Shown here one piece after another: positions 24,722 through 35,189 of a stretch of 42,739 nt of DNA. Both the position numbers and the translations under genes were made by a program. The stretch is from Chiloscyllium plagiosum (Eukaryota). The stretch covers positions 15,014,269 to 15,057,007 of the forward strand of contig NC_057719.1 of NCBI RefSeq assembly GCF_004010195.1. The letters are read 5' to 3'. Each line of letters opens with the position of its first letter. The stretch's first letter is position 1. The notes below the pieces were generated by a model that searched no databases, was not told the DNA's origin, and worked only from the letters and a program-made list of their open reading frames with translations.

Positions 24722-25565
24722 AATTCTCCACCCTCACATCTGTAGGATTACTATTGAGCAGAAATTTAACTGGACCAACAACATAAATGCTGTGGTGACA
24801 AAAATAGATTTCCAGTGTTGAATGATTTTTTAAAATTCATACGCAGGATGTGGGCATCACTGCCTAGGCCAGCATTTATTACCCATCCCTAATTGCCCAG
24901 AGGGCAGTTAAGAGTCAACCACGTTGCTGTAGGTTATGTGTAGGCCAGGAAAGGACAACAGTTTCCTTCCCTAAATGACATTAGTGAACCACATGGGTTT
25001 CTCCCCAACAATCAATTCATGATCAACATTAATTTCTTCTTTCCAGGCTTTTGTTTTAAATTTAATCATATGCTGTAGGAGGTTTCGAACCCAGGTCCTG
25101 ACAACACTATCAGGGTCTTTGATTTAACAGTCCAGCAATAATACTGTTAGACCATTGCCTCCCTATTAAGCCAACTTATCTCTTGACTTCAAAAAGCATG
25201 TTTCAAGACAGAAGTCAGGAGTATGATGAAACGCTCTCCATTTGCCCAGCTGAGTACAGCTCCAACACCACTCAAGATGCTCAACAGCATTCAGGATGAG
25301 GTTCATCAACCCAACAATCAATCTACATGTCCTCCACTACCAGAGCACCAGTGTGGTGGTGGAATGTACCAGCTACGACATGTGCTTGAGCTGTTCAGTT
25401 ATGTTTCTTAGGTCTTCCAAACCTGCAAACTCTATCATTAAGAGAAGGGCCGCTGTTGCATGGAAACATGACCAACTAAGCTGCACACCAAGTTACTCAT
25501 CACCTTGATTTGGGAATACATCATCATTCCTTTGCTCTCACTGGGTCAAAATCCTGAAACCCTCT
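24722..25565 (+). mobile_element. Family B LINE RT 3' fragment, split by a SINE at 24830-25163
   Basis: VRSMMKRSPFAQLSTAPTPLKMLNSIQDE parallels VRSVMEYSPLAWMDAAPTTLKKLDTIQDK at 31791-32036; matching tail at ~26130-26202. Confidence 0.75.
24830..25163 (-). mobile_element. tRNA-derived SINE (family B)
   Basis: Collinear with 20700-21040; B box gggttcgaaacc on the - strand. Confidence 0.85.
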
Positions 25566-25575
25566 TGCTTATATG

Positions 25576-26080
25576 GGGAATGGCACGGTGGCTCAGTGGT
25601 TAGAGCTGCTGTCTCACAGCGCCAGGGACCTGGGTTAAAATGCACCCTTGGGCAACTGTCTGTCTGGAGTTTACACACTCTCCTTGCATTGGTGTGGGCT
25701 TTCTCTGGTGCTGTAGTTTCCCCCAACAGTCCAAAGATGTGCAGGTAATCATTAGACTCATAATTCAACACTTTTTTATTGAATTTAAATTTCACCATCT
25801 GCCATGGTGAGATTCAAACCCGGACTCTTAGAACATTATCTGGGTCTCTGGTTTAACAGTCTAGCATTAATACCACTAGGCCTTTGTGTTCCTAAATAAC
25901 CTAATAGACCATTGGCCATGCTAAATTGCTCACAGTGTTCAAGGATGTGCAGGCTAGCTATGGGAAATACAGGGCTACAGGGATATGGGACGGAGTGGTA
26001 GGTCTGGATGGGATTCTCTTCGGATGATCATTGTGGATGTGATGGGCCAGGTGGCTTGCTTCCACACTGTAGGAATTCTA
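25576..26080 (+). mobile_element. HE1-type V-SINE interrupted by an antisense family B SINE head (~25751-25885)
   Basis: ggcacggtggctcagtggttag head to gatgtgcagg; resumes attggccatgctaaattg at ~25911. Confidence 0.85.
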
Positions 26081-26242
26081 TAATACCATGTGATTGTATC
26101 CGGGGTGGACTGCGCATTTAAAAAGTGCAGTTTCTCAGGGTCAATAGAGGATAAGCAATAAATGTTGACCTGAATCCATGTCCCATGAATGAACAAAAAA
26201 AAGGTCAAACTTCAAAATATTCATCTTCCAACACTGAGATCC

Positions 26243-26420
26243 AACAACTTGCATTAATCATCCTTAATATTGTAAAACATCAAAGATATCTCTCAGGTAT
26301 TCCATCAAACAAAACTTTGACCTGAAGTGATGTAAGGATATATAAGAATATGTTCCCAAAAGTTTGGGCAAGGAAGTAGGTTCAGAGCTTTGAAAGTTCT
26401 GGCCACTGATTTGTAAAGAC
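26243..26420 (-). mobile_element. Degenerate L2-type LINE 3' end
   Basis: aacaacttgcatt...gtaaaacatc...caaacaaaactttgac...aagtttgggcaaggaagtaggtt recalls an L2 3' UTR. Confidence 0.5.
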
Positions 26421-26444
26421 ATACATTGGCTGAAGGTATTGCAA

Positions 26445-26558
26445 GGAGAAAGTGAGGTCTGCAGATGCTGGAGATCAAAGTTCCACATACCCTACGAAGA
26501 TGGATTGTTCCACATACCCCCTGACCTGCTGTGCTGTTCCAGCAATAAAGTTTCAACC
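26445..26558 (-). mobile_element. Collapsed fold-back PLE pLTR element with filler DNA
   Basis: TSD CTGAAGGTATTGCAA at 26430-26444 and 26559-26573; both ends match the ends of 33928-34141. Confidence 0.85.
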
Positions 26559-27284
26559 CTGAAGGTATTGCAAAGCTAAACCACATGAAACAAGGAGGGG
26601 AATGGCTTCAAACTAGCAAAAATAAAATATACAACTGACAATCAAGACTTTTCTCCAAGCATGTAAAGTGATTCATGCTTGGTTGTAAGGTAAAACAATG
26701 GACATTAAAGACCATAGAAAATACATAAAGGAGCAGATTATTTGGGCTATGCTTGTGATAATGTTACACATACACACCTCCTCCTTTCAGCTTGTATACA
26801 CTATCTCACCCTATTGTCATATCCATCTAATCCTCTCTCCTTCGCCTAGATTTCCTTTAAATGCATCAAATCCATTTAAGAAGCTATTAGATATTCAAGA
26901 ATTGGAACAGTGGATTCTTATGGATGGATGAATTGAGATGGGCCAATTTTCCTTCACATCATTTATTGTTATAGAGGTGATTCCATGACTCCGGAATGTT
27001 GATGAAGGAATAAAAATACAACATTGTTTTTCTGATTCTCACAAACATGATCGCTGTCAGTCTGACTCCCCAGTGGGAACACAACATCATGGGATTACCA
27101 CATATTCTGAAGCTGCCTTAAAGGGACAATACCAAAATGCCCGGAATAGGAGTTGTTCAAGGCAAGCTGTTTTGAATGTGGATAAATCAGAACAAAATTG
27201 GTGATTCAAAAGGTAAAAAGAAAAGGGATAGGCATCTTTAAAAGTGTCACAAATGTGCAAAAATTCCAGAAAAAAAAACAAAGT

Positions 27285-28330
27285 AAAGCCTGGATTTTTC
27301 CGCTTTTTAACTGACAGGCTAAGTGAGGGAAGGCATGAAATTGACTGAGTTTGTGTTGGAAACACCAGTAACTGATTTTCCAAGAGGCATGCCCTTTTGG
27401 AATGGCTTGCGGATCTGATATAAGTGTTTAAAGCAATTAAGTTGGCAGGTGACCAGGATTTTTCAAAAGCATTCCAATTTTCTTCATAGTACATAGGGGC
27501 CACGGAGCATGTGAACATTGACAGTCCCTCGGGGTGGTAACGAGGCAACAGGTCAGCTCACTACTGCATCCAACAGCCATTGGGTGAGCGATGCGTACTC
27601 AGGTCAGATTCTCGGGGGCATGGACTATCTTTTGGAGATGGCTAATGATTCCAGTGAGGAGTGATGAAATCCAAAACTTGCCATACAGTGACCTGAGGCA
27701 CCATCAGACTGACCATAGTTCTTCATGGGATGAGATTCAGGTTCCTGGCTCATTCCAGTGAGTCACTTCAATATGTTCCAGACTCTGCTGTGATTCACAT
27801 AACCTGACAGTGCAGAGGAGCTGCGTTTCTGGGAAATGATGATATCACGAAATATGAGGTATCTTTTGTTGAGGAGAAATGTAAGGAAGCTGATGACTGT
27901 TGCATCCCGCATGACAGAGGAAATAGGAGCTGGAACAAGCAATTTGAGCCCACAGCACCATTCAACATGATCATGGCTAATCATCTAACTCAATACCTTT
28001 CCCCACATTCTTCTATACCCTTTGGACCCTTCAATCTAAGAACTATATCTAACTTCTTCTTGAAAACATTCAATAATTTGGCCTCAATTGCTTTATTTGG
28101 CAGAGAATTCCAGCAGCTCACTACACTTTGGATGGAAAAGAATGAATCATGTGAAAGGTGCCATGATGTAGGCACAAGGGAGGCAGGGCAGGAACTCATA
28201 CACACAAGATTGAAATGAGCCTTGCCCATCAGTAAAGATTGATCTTCAACCTTTCACAGCTGCTATCTCCTCATTTGCAAGGCCTACTTAGTCTCACCCA
28301 TGTTGCCGTCCACTAGGATTGCCCTGAGAG
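27285..28330 (+). mobile_element. PIF/Harbinger transposase relic, with a CR1 fragment nested at ~27915-28140
   Basis: Frameshifted motifs IGATEHVNIDSP (~GAIDCTHVAIKAP), LGGMDYLL/RWLMIPVR (~GDKGYPLRRWLMTP) and TIVLHGMRFRFLAHSSESLQY (~TIGLLKMRFRCLDRSGGALQY) at 27490-27790; outer limits approximate. Confidence 0.7.
27915..28140 (-). mobile_element. CR1 LINE 3' end
   Basis: QSVVSCWNSLPNKAIEAKLLNVFKKKLDIVLRLKGPKG. Confidence 0.85.
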
Positions 28331-29917
28331 AAGCTCCCAGGAGTAGAAAGTAGGTTATTCACTTTTCTTCCTTCATAAGAGTCACAATCAAGTGAGGAAT
28401 GGCTCCCTCCTTGTTCAATCTCTTTGACTGCAGTAGTCCTTTTCTTTAATGAATAGAGTATGTATAATAACTCAGTGAGTGCTCAAAGTTTGTGTTTTGT
28501 GACTGCAAAAGACACAGGCAGAGGATTTTCATGTGACCTTTTCAAAAGCAGAGAATAATTTTATGATCTTTAACCAACTCTAAGGAAAATAATAAAAACA
28601 TGCTAATTTTTATGCACAAACATGCACCTTCGCTCACAGATACACAACAATAATCTACAAGTGAAAGGATAAATGCAGAGATCATTTAAGGGTCTAATAA
28701 AGATTAAAATTGCAATGGGCAAGGTTGGAGGAGGTCTCTCTCTTTCTAGTCCCACTACTCTTTTGTAGTTAGCATATATTTAAATGCTTTGCCTAGATAC
28801 TGATATGAGCAATTATGTCAATTTGTCAACATGCAATTCAGAATTTAAAAAATGCTTTGGACAGGTTTCTTTAATAAGATATTGTTTTATTATAATAGTA
28901 AATTATATTGAACAAAGATGCAAAGCTGACTACCTTATAGCTTGAAAATTAAAAGAATTAATATTTATCCTTCTATATAATCCCCACACACACACACACA
29001 AAATCACATAAGTTAAAGGAAAGATAAGGAAACTTTCACTGCAAGGATTAACTTTGAATTAATAAAACACATCTGCCAGACAGTTAATAATTCTCAGAGA
29101 ATAAAACAATATGATATGAATGCTCCAGGTTGCTTTCCATCTGACATCTTTCTGCACATAAAATGAGTGACTAAGCATAGACCATTGTCACAAGACACGG
29201 GGTTGTCTTTCTGGAATATTTTCAGTTGCAGTTAGTTGAGAATATCGAGGGAAAGTCTTCTAGAAGCCTTTCAGAGAGAATAGCTGTTTCATCTGTTCAG
29301 CTTTCACATATGATGCTCAAAAGAGTTTCTTGTAAAGGGTGACTAAAGATGAGCTTTTGGTCTTACCTCATCACAGACTACATTTCCATGAAATTCTAAA
29401 GCAATATAAAATAGCTACACTACCGGCAGCCATAATCCCAGACATGTGACTTCCTGTATATCCAAGCAATTAGCCAAAGACAGGTGACTTCCAGTAAACA
29501 AGTTCAAGAAGTTAGCTTAATTCAAGTTAGCTTCTAGTAAATGTGCTTTCACAAAAAAAAGAGTCAAGCTGTGTTCTTTCAGTGACTCTTGACAAAAACA
29601 AGCCCAGATATCTCCTCAAAACCTCAATGAACCAATTTTCACTATCCTTTAGAAATGAGTCTTCAAAATAATATCAATAATGGAGACCTTCGTAAGAAAA
29701 TTGTATGGTTCTTACAGGGTGATGAGTTGGACAGACTCAGTGATCCTTCTACACTTGGTGGGAAAGTAGTTTAATAGGTAAATAGTTGAATTGCCTGTTC
29801 TTATGGAAACAGCAGTTTTAAAAATCTTTGTGTACAGATAGTCAAAGGCAGTAAACAGAGTTTCAGCATGTAAGTCAGTAGAGGAACAGATGATCACAGA
29901 GTGATCTTGTCTGCTGT

Positions 29918-30298
29918 GATAGAGTCATAGAGTCATTGAGATGTACAACACAGAAACAGATCCTTTGGTCCAACTCATCCATGCTGACCAAATACCCTAA
30001 CCTAGTCCCTTTTGCCAGCACTTGGTCAATATTCCTCTAAACCCTTCCTATTCCATGCACACATCACTCTCTGCATGAAAATGTTGTCCCTTAGTTCCCT
30101 TTTAAATCTTTCCCCTCTCACCCTAAACCTATGCCCTCTAGTTCTGGACTCCCCACCCCTGGGAAAAGACCTTGTCTATTTAACCTATCCATGCCCCTCA
30201 TGATTTTATAAACTTTTATAAGTCACCCCTCGGCCTCTGATGCTCAAGGGAAAACAACACTAGCCTATTCAGTCTCTCCCTATAGTTCAACACTCCAA
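29918..30298 (-). mobile_element. CR1 LINE 3' end, internally deleted
   Basis: (GAGTCATA)n tail; reverse complement of the 15305-15815 family. Confidence 0.85.
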
Positions 30299-30328
30299 CT
30301 CATTTACAGCTTGGCTTATTTCTCCACA

Positions 30329-30562
30329 TAGGCAGAAGTGGGTACTGCAAATGCTGCAGATTAGAGTCAAGATTAGGGTGGTGCTGGAAAAGCACAGCAG
30401 GTCAGGTAACATCCGAGGAGCAGGAAAATTGATGTTTCAGGCAAAAGCCCTTCATTAGGCCATCAAAAGTCATTCCTGATGAAAGGCTTTTGCCCGAAAC
30501 ATCGATTTTCCTGTTCCTCGGATGCTACCTGACCTGCTGTGCTTTTCCAGCACCACTCTAAT
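30329..30562 (-). mobile_element. Fold-back PLE pLTR element
   Basis: TSD CTTATTT(C/T)TCCACA at 30315-30328 and 30563-30576; ~85-bp inverted arms around a short spacer; CTGATGA at 30476. Confidence 0.88.
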
Positions 30563-30712
30563 CTTATTTTTCCACACGTCTAGTTCAGAGAGTAGATATT
30601 TATTATTGAAATTAATTTGGTGGATGTGATTTGAAATAACTCCACAGAGGTCAGTATCCCATCATCAAGTCACCCTTTATTTACCAAGTGGAGATTTCTT
30701 GACACTGATCCA

Positions 30713-31351
30713 TAAGACCATAAGACCATAAGACATAGGAGCGGAAGTAAGGCCATTCGGCCCATCGAGTCCACTCCGCCATTCAATCATGGCTGATGGG
30801 CATTTCAACTCCACTTACCCGCATTCTCCCCGTAGCCCTTAATTCCTTGTGACATCAAGAATTTATCAATCTCTGCCTTGAAGACATTTAGCGTCCCAGC
30901 CTCCACTGCACTCTGCGGCAATGAATTCCACAGGCCCACCACTCTCTGGCTGAAGAAATGTCTCCGCATTTCTGTTCTGAATTTACCCCCTCTAATTCTA
31001 AGGCTGTGTCCACGGGTCCTAGTCTCCTCGCCTAACGGAAACAATTTCCTAGCATCCACCCTTTCCAAGCCATGTATTATCTTGCAAGTTTCTATTAGAT
31101 CTCCCCTTAATCTTCTAAACTCCAATGAATACAATCCCAGGATCCTCAGCCGTTCCTCGTATGTTAGACCTACCATTCCAAGGATCATCCGTTTGAATCT
31201 CCGCTGGACATGCTCCAGTGCTAGTATGTCCTTCCTGAGGTGTGGAGACCAAAACTGGACACAGTACTCCAAATGGGCACAGTACTCCAAATGGGGCCTA
31301 ACCAGAGCTTTATAAAGTCTGCTTTTATATTCCAATCCTCTTGAGATAAAT
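30713..31351 (-). mobile_element. Young 5'-truncated CR1 LINE (ORF2 C-terminus open)
   Basis: LYKALVRPHLEYC...VQFWSPHLRKDILALEHVQRRF...FFSQRVVGLWNSLP; (TAAGACCA)n tail; TSD GACA(C/A)TGATCCA at 30701-30712 and 31352-31363. Confidence 0.93.
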
Positions 31352-31462
31352 GACAATGATCCAGCTCCCTCTGAGCCAGCTCTCAGAGCGAACAGAACCT
31401 CTGACACTCCTGTTTAAATCTGCCAGCCAAGGCTCTCTGATTGAACCAGATTAACAATCCCA

Positions 31463-31538
31463 CTGAGGATGTCACCTAGACAGGGGACGAAATGTCTGCA
31501 ACACAAATTCCCAGCTCGGCGAACAGAACCACAACAAC
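31463..31538 (+). mobile_element. 76-bp PLE-type insertion consisting of a hammerhead motif plus tail (third family)
   Basis: TSD ATTAACAATCCCA at 31450-31462 and 31539-31551; CTGAGGA-T-GTC.CCT-AGAC-AGG.GAC-GAAA-TGTC. Confidence 0.8.
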
Positions 31539-31609
31539 ATTAACAATCCCAATCAGGGAACTCATATTCTATGAGCTCCTGATTTCTTAAACTATTGCAG
31601 TCCATTTGT

Positions 31610-32048
31610 TGTGGGTTGACCCACACTGCCTTTAGGAACAGAATTCTAGGAATTTGACACAACAACACTGAAGGAGTAGTGACATATTTCCAAGTCAGGG
31701 TTGGAGAGTAACTTGAAGGTGGAGGTGTTCCTATGTATCCCTTATTCTGTTGCTTTTAGGTGGAAGTGATTGTGGGTTTGGAAGGTGCTGTCAAAGGAGT
31801 CTAGGTGAATTTCTGTAGTGCACCTTGTAGATGGTACACACTGCTGCTATTAAGCTTTCGTGGTGGAGGGAGTGAATGCTTGTGATTGTGGTGCTAATCA
31901 AGTGAGTTGCTTTGTCCTGGATGGTGTCAAGCTTCTTGAGTGTTGTTGGGGCTGCATCCATCCAGGCAAGTGGGGAGTATTCCATCACACTCCTGACTTG
32001 TGGCTTGGAGATGGTGGACAGGCTTTGGAGTGTCAAGAGGTGAGTTAC
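31610..32048 (-). mobile_element. Family B LINE RT 3' fragment
   Basis: QVRSVMEYSPLAWMDAAPTTLKKLDTIQDKATHLI...AAVCTIYKVH. Confidence 0.85.
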
Positions 32049-32823
32049 TCAATCTTACTTAAATTTATTTGAAGTTAGGAGCCATTGCTGCATAATAATG
32101 AATGGATGGTAGCTATTCACACTTATTTGTGATGAACTCGATTCTCTACAGATCTCAGTATGTGTGAATACCACCAATTATTTTATTTCCACATACCCCT
32201 TCAAGGGAGGTTACCCCACCCAATTAGTTAAATTTTTCTAGAGACTTGAGGAAACTTTGACCTCATAGGTCACCTAACACTTGGTAGCCACATTTATAGC
32301 TTGCTCTTTTAAAACTCAGTTAGCATTTTCCAACCATTTTTTATAATTAGTAATTTTTTTATGCAGCATAGTTTTAATACGCAAAAATGATATAGATCTG
32401 GGGGAGACTCCAGGCAACTTATCCCCCACTCACATTGTCACTATTGGATCGAGATCACTGCTGAGGTGATGACAATGTAAGTCTCCATGCAGCCACTGAC
32501 TCGCCTGCTAGATGTGGCTCTCCATGAGTTTGACAATCACTCAATGGCATTTCTGCCAGATCTTGACATAGCCCATACCAAACCTTAATATCGTCACCTC
32601 ACATATGGCTTCAGAGGTGCTTCATCACCTTGGACTCAGCTTTAGCTTGGCATCCCACACTCCTCCATTGTCAGAGGCCACAGCTGCCACTACCTCTGAA
32701 AGCTGGCCAGGAAGGGCATGCAGTGCTCTCACCAGGTTGCCTCTCTGAGATGGATGACTGTAAGTGAAAAAAGTATCCTCTAAAGTGTCCTCTCCCTCGT
32801 CAGTGGCAGACAATTGTTCCTAG

Positions 32824-33497
32824 CGTTACGGACCAGACCAGACCCCCAACGTACATCACGCAGATAGCCTGGACACTAACTTTTATATTTTTTAAAAAGA
32901 TAAGTGTAAGGCTCTGTGCTCTAGATCTGATTCGATTGGTCCACTACTAAGTTTTAATCAAAACATGTTTAATTCTTGCAAGAGTTAAAATATGACAAAA
33001 CGGATTGGCATAACTTTACTCTATTGAAATACTTAACAAGGTATTGCATTATTTAACCACTATTTAATTGTTCCAGTATAGGCAGCATCCCATAAACACA
33101 CCCTTGGCAAAGGCAATTGGGCATCACAGTTATGATTCTCATGTGCTGTCCAGTCCAGTAGAAAGAAACACTGAAAGAAATGATCTGCCCCTTTTGATTT
33201 TGAAGAGGAAGTCTCTCTGTCTGGCTCTTCTCTCTAGCAGCAGAGCATTCAAGCTTTCAGCTCCAGAAGCCAGCAAAACCACCAACTCACTGAAAGCAAA
33301 AGCAGAATTCTCTGTCTGTGTGAGCCTGGCCCTGTCCACTCATGATTCTTTATGTCTTATTTCTAAACAAAGATGAGAGAGAACTCAAAACAGTTTACCG
33401 ACCACTTGCCTAAAGGAGCCATTTTGGCATCATTGTGACAACACCGCTCTGCAAGTAAACAGGATCGAACACATGTCTTAAAGGCACAGTGTCAATG
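32824..33497. mobile_element. Possible solo LTR
   Basis: Block starting (c)gttacggaccagacc and ending aaaggcacagtgtca that interrupts GC-richer transposon-like DNA; no clear TSD. Confidence 0.4.
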
Positions 33498-33749
33498 CAT
33501 CAGGCAGTGGCAACTTTCTGCTCTTGTGACTAATCTCTATAACAAGACAGGACTCTGTCCTTCTAAACACAAATTGCGAGAAACAACAGGTGTTCATATT
33601 GATGTATGTACAGTGAAAGTCAAAGAAACAACCCTCGTGCTCACCTAAAACTGTCTACTGTCCCGTCACGAGACAGGAGCAGACTCAAATGGCAAAATGG
33701 CCAAATTTCTGCTCCTATCTCTTATGGTCCTCTGAGACTATCACCCTCT

Positions 33750-33912
33750 TGCACCCATACCCATGCCTCCTTCTCCGCACTGGAGCAGTCGCCATGCACC
33801 TCTGCCAGTTTCATAGTTTCCACCACCATGGGCATGAAGATGGCAAGGAATGGGACCATGTCACTGGTCAGGGATTTTTTCCTTGACATTGTGGGCTCTC
33901 TTTTTCTGCAGG
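33750..33912 (-). pseudogene. Harbinger ORF2 (Myb/SANT-like accessory protein) relic
   Basis: Frameshifted KKRAHNVKEK/SLTSDMVPFLAIFMPMVVETMKLAE recalls the K.AHN..E...TGGG.P....LT..EE.A motif. Confidence 0.45.
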
Positions 33913-33927
33913 GACTAAAATGAGGAA

Positions 33928-34141
33928 AAAGTGAGGTCTGCAGATGCTGGAGATCAAAGTTGAAACTTTATTGCTGGAACAGCACAGCAGGTCAGGCAGC
34001 ATCCAGGGAACAGGAGATTCGACGTTTCGGGCACAGGCCCTTCTTCATTCCTGAAGAAGGGCCTGTGCCCGAAACGTCGAATCTCCTGTTCCCTGGATGC
34101 TGCCTGACCTGCTGTGCTGTTCCAGCAATAAAGTTTCAACT
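33928..34141 (-). mobile_element. Very young fold-back PLE pLTR element: perfect 90-bp inverted repeat, 4-nt loop, ~30-bp tail
   Basis: Arms 33958-34047 and 34052-34141 are exact reverse complements; TSD ACTAAAATGAGGAA at 33914-33927 and 34139-34152. Confidence 0.95.
34047..34082 (+). ncRNA. Intact minimal type I hammerhead ribozyme motif
   Basis: ATTC-CTGAAGA-A-GGGC-CTGT-GCCC-GAAA-CGTC-GAAT: stem I ATTC/GAAT, stem II GGGC/GCCC, palindromic ACGT, GTC cleavage triplet. Confidence 0.75.
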
Positions 34142-35189
34142 AAAATGAGGAATCCTACTTACTCCACAATAACAGATGTAATGCCAAAACCGCTGTCAGC
34201 CTAATTGTTCATTCTGGTGGCACTCACATGCAACCACAGTCTGGCCAACTGGAAGCAACCTTGCAAGGGTTGCTATTAAAGGATTAGTGCTCATCGGCCA
34301 AGTTTCATCCAATCCTTTCAAAGGAACCCCTGCAGCCTAACTCCACTGACAATGGCCAGGTGGCCTCTGTCTCCACAATGACTGCTCCCTCATACTTAAC
34401 CAGCTGCTAATTCCTAAAGGAACTGAGGTATGGAGTGCTCCCCTTAATGAAAATATTATTCAAGCATTTCCTGCTTCTGAGTTCTCAATCAGCCTCATAA
34501 CTGCCGATCTCCTCTGCAACCTCGATCCAGGCTTACTTTGTCCTGTTCTGTTGAGTTATCACCTTTAGAGTGATATCCCTTTAAGAGTTTCAGGTGTAAA
34601 TGAGCCAAGTACCTGAATGTTATCACACAAATCTATATTACATGGTCTCTGCACTGTAGTACTCAAGGCACGGGCTGTGCCTATTACTCTGTAATATACA
34701 TATTATTTCAGCTGTAAATACATGTTTAGGATTGTTTGATTAAATGGAATACATACAACTTAATTGTATTACATTTTGTTAATCCTAAAATATAATCAAA
34801 TGATTTACAGCTGGGAAGTTTAAAAAAACCCACAAAGAGGGCACCAGTCTTCCAGAATTAAGGAGAACAGAAGCAAACAAAACATAACAGTCATCTAGAA
34901 ATTCCCACAGTATAGCAAACAGAAACAAGTAAGATGTATTTGTAATCAGTATCTCTGAACTGGCCAGGATCATGCCACAGCTGACTGATTTTGAACCCAT
35001 CCAAACTATAGGCAATTCCAAATTGGGACTTTGCTGAACTAAGAGAAAGCGTACCTAAGTTCAACAACAGAAAAAGGCAGGCTACATTCAGAAACAACGC
35101 AGAGCCAACAGAATAGCCCTTGGAACAAGTTTCAAGCCCAAGTTAAATAGAAAAAAAAACTAAGGACAGCACTGAAAGCACATTTGGAT

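Larger units (their letters stand above)
30650..31590 (-). mobile_element. Probable solo-LTR-like repeat carrying two later insertions
   Basis: Sequence is continuous across two TSD-bounded insertions; AATAAA on the - strand at ~30676; termini not resolved. Confidence 0.4.

Noticed and set aside
28690..29600. Possible additional solo LTR
   Set aside because: LTR-like composition, but no termini, TSD or second copy could be established by eye.
33954..34148. Twin 61/62-aa ORFs on opposite strands
   Set aside because: A consequence of the palindromic element, not genes.
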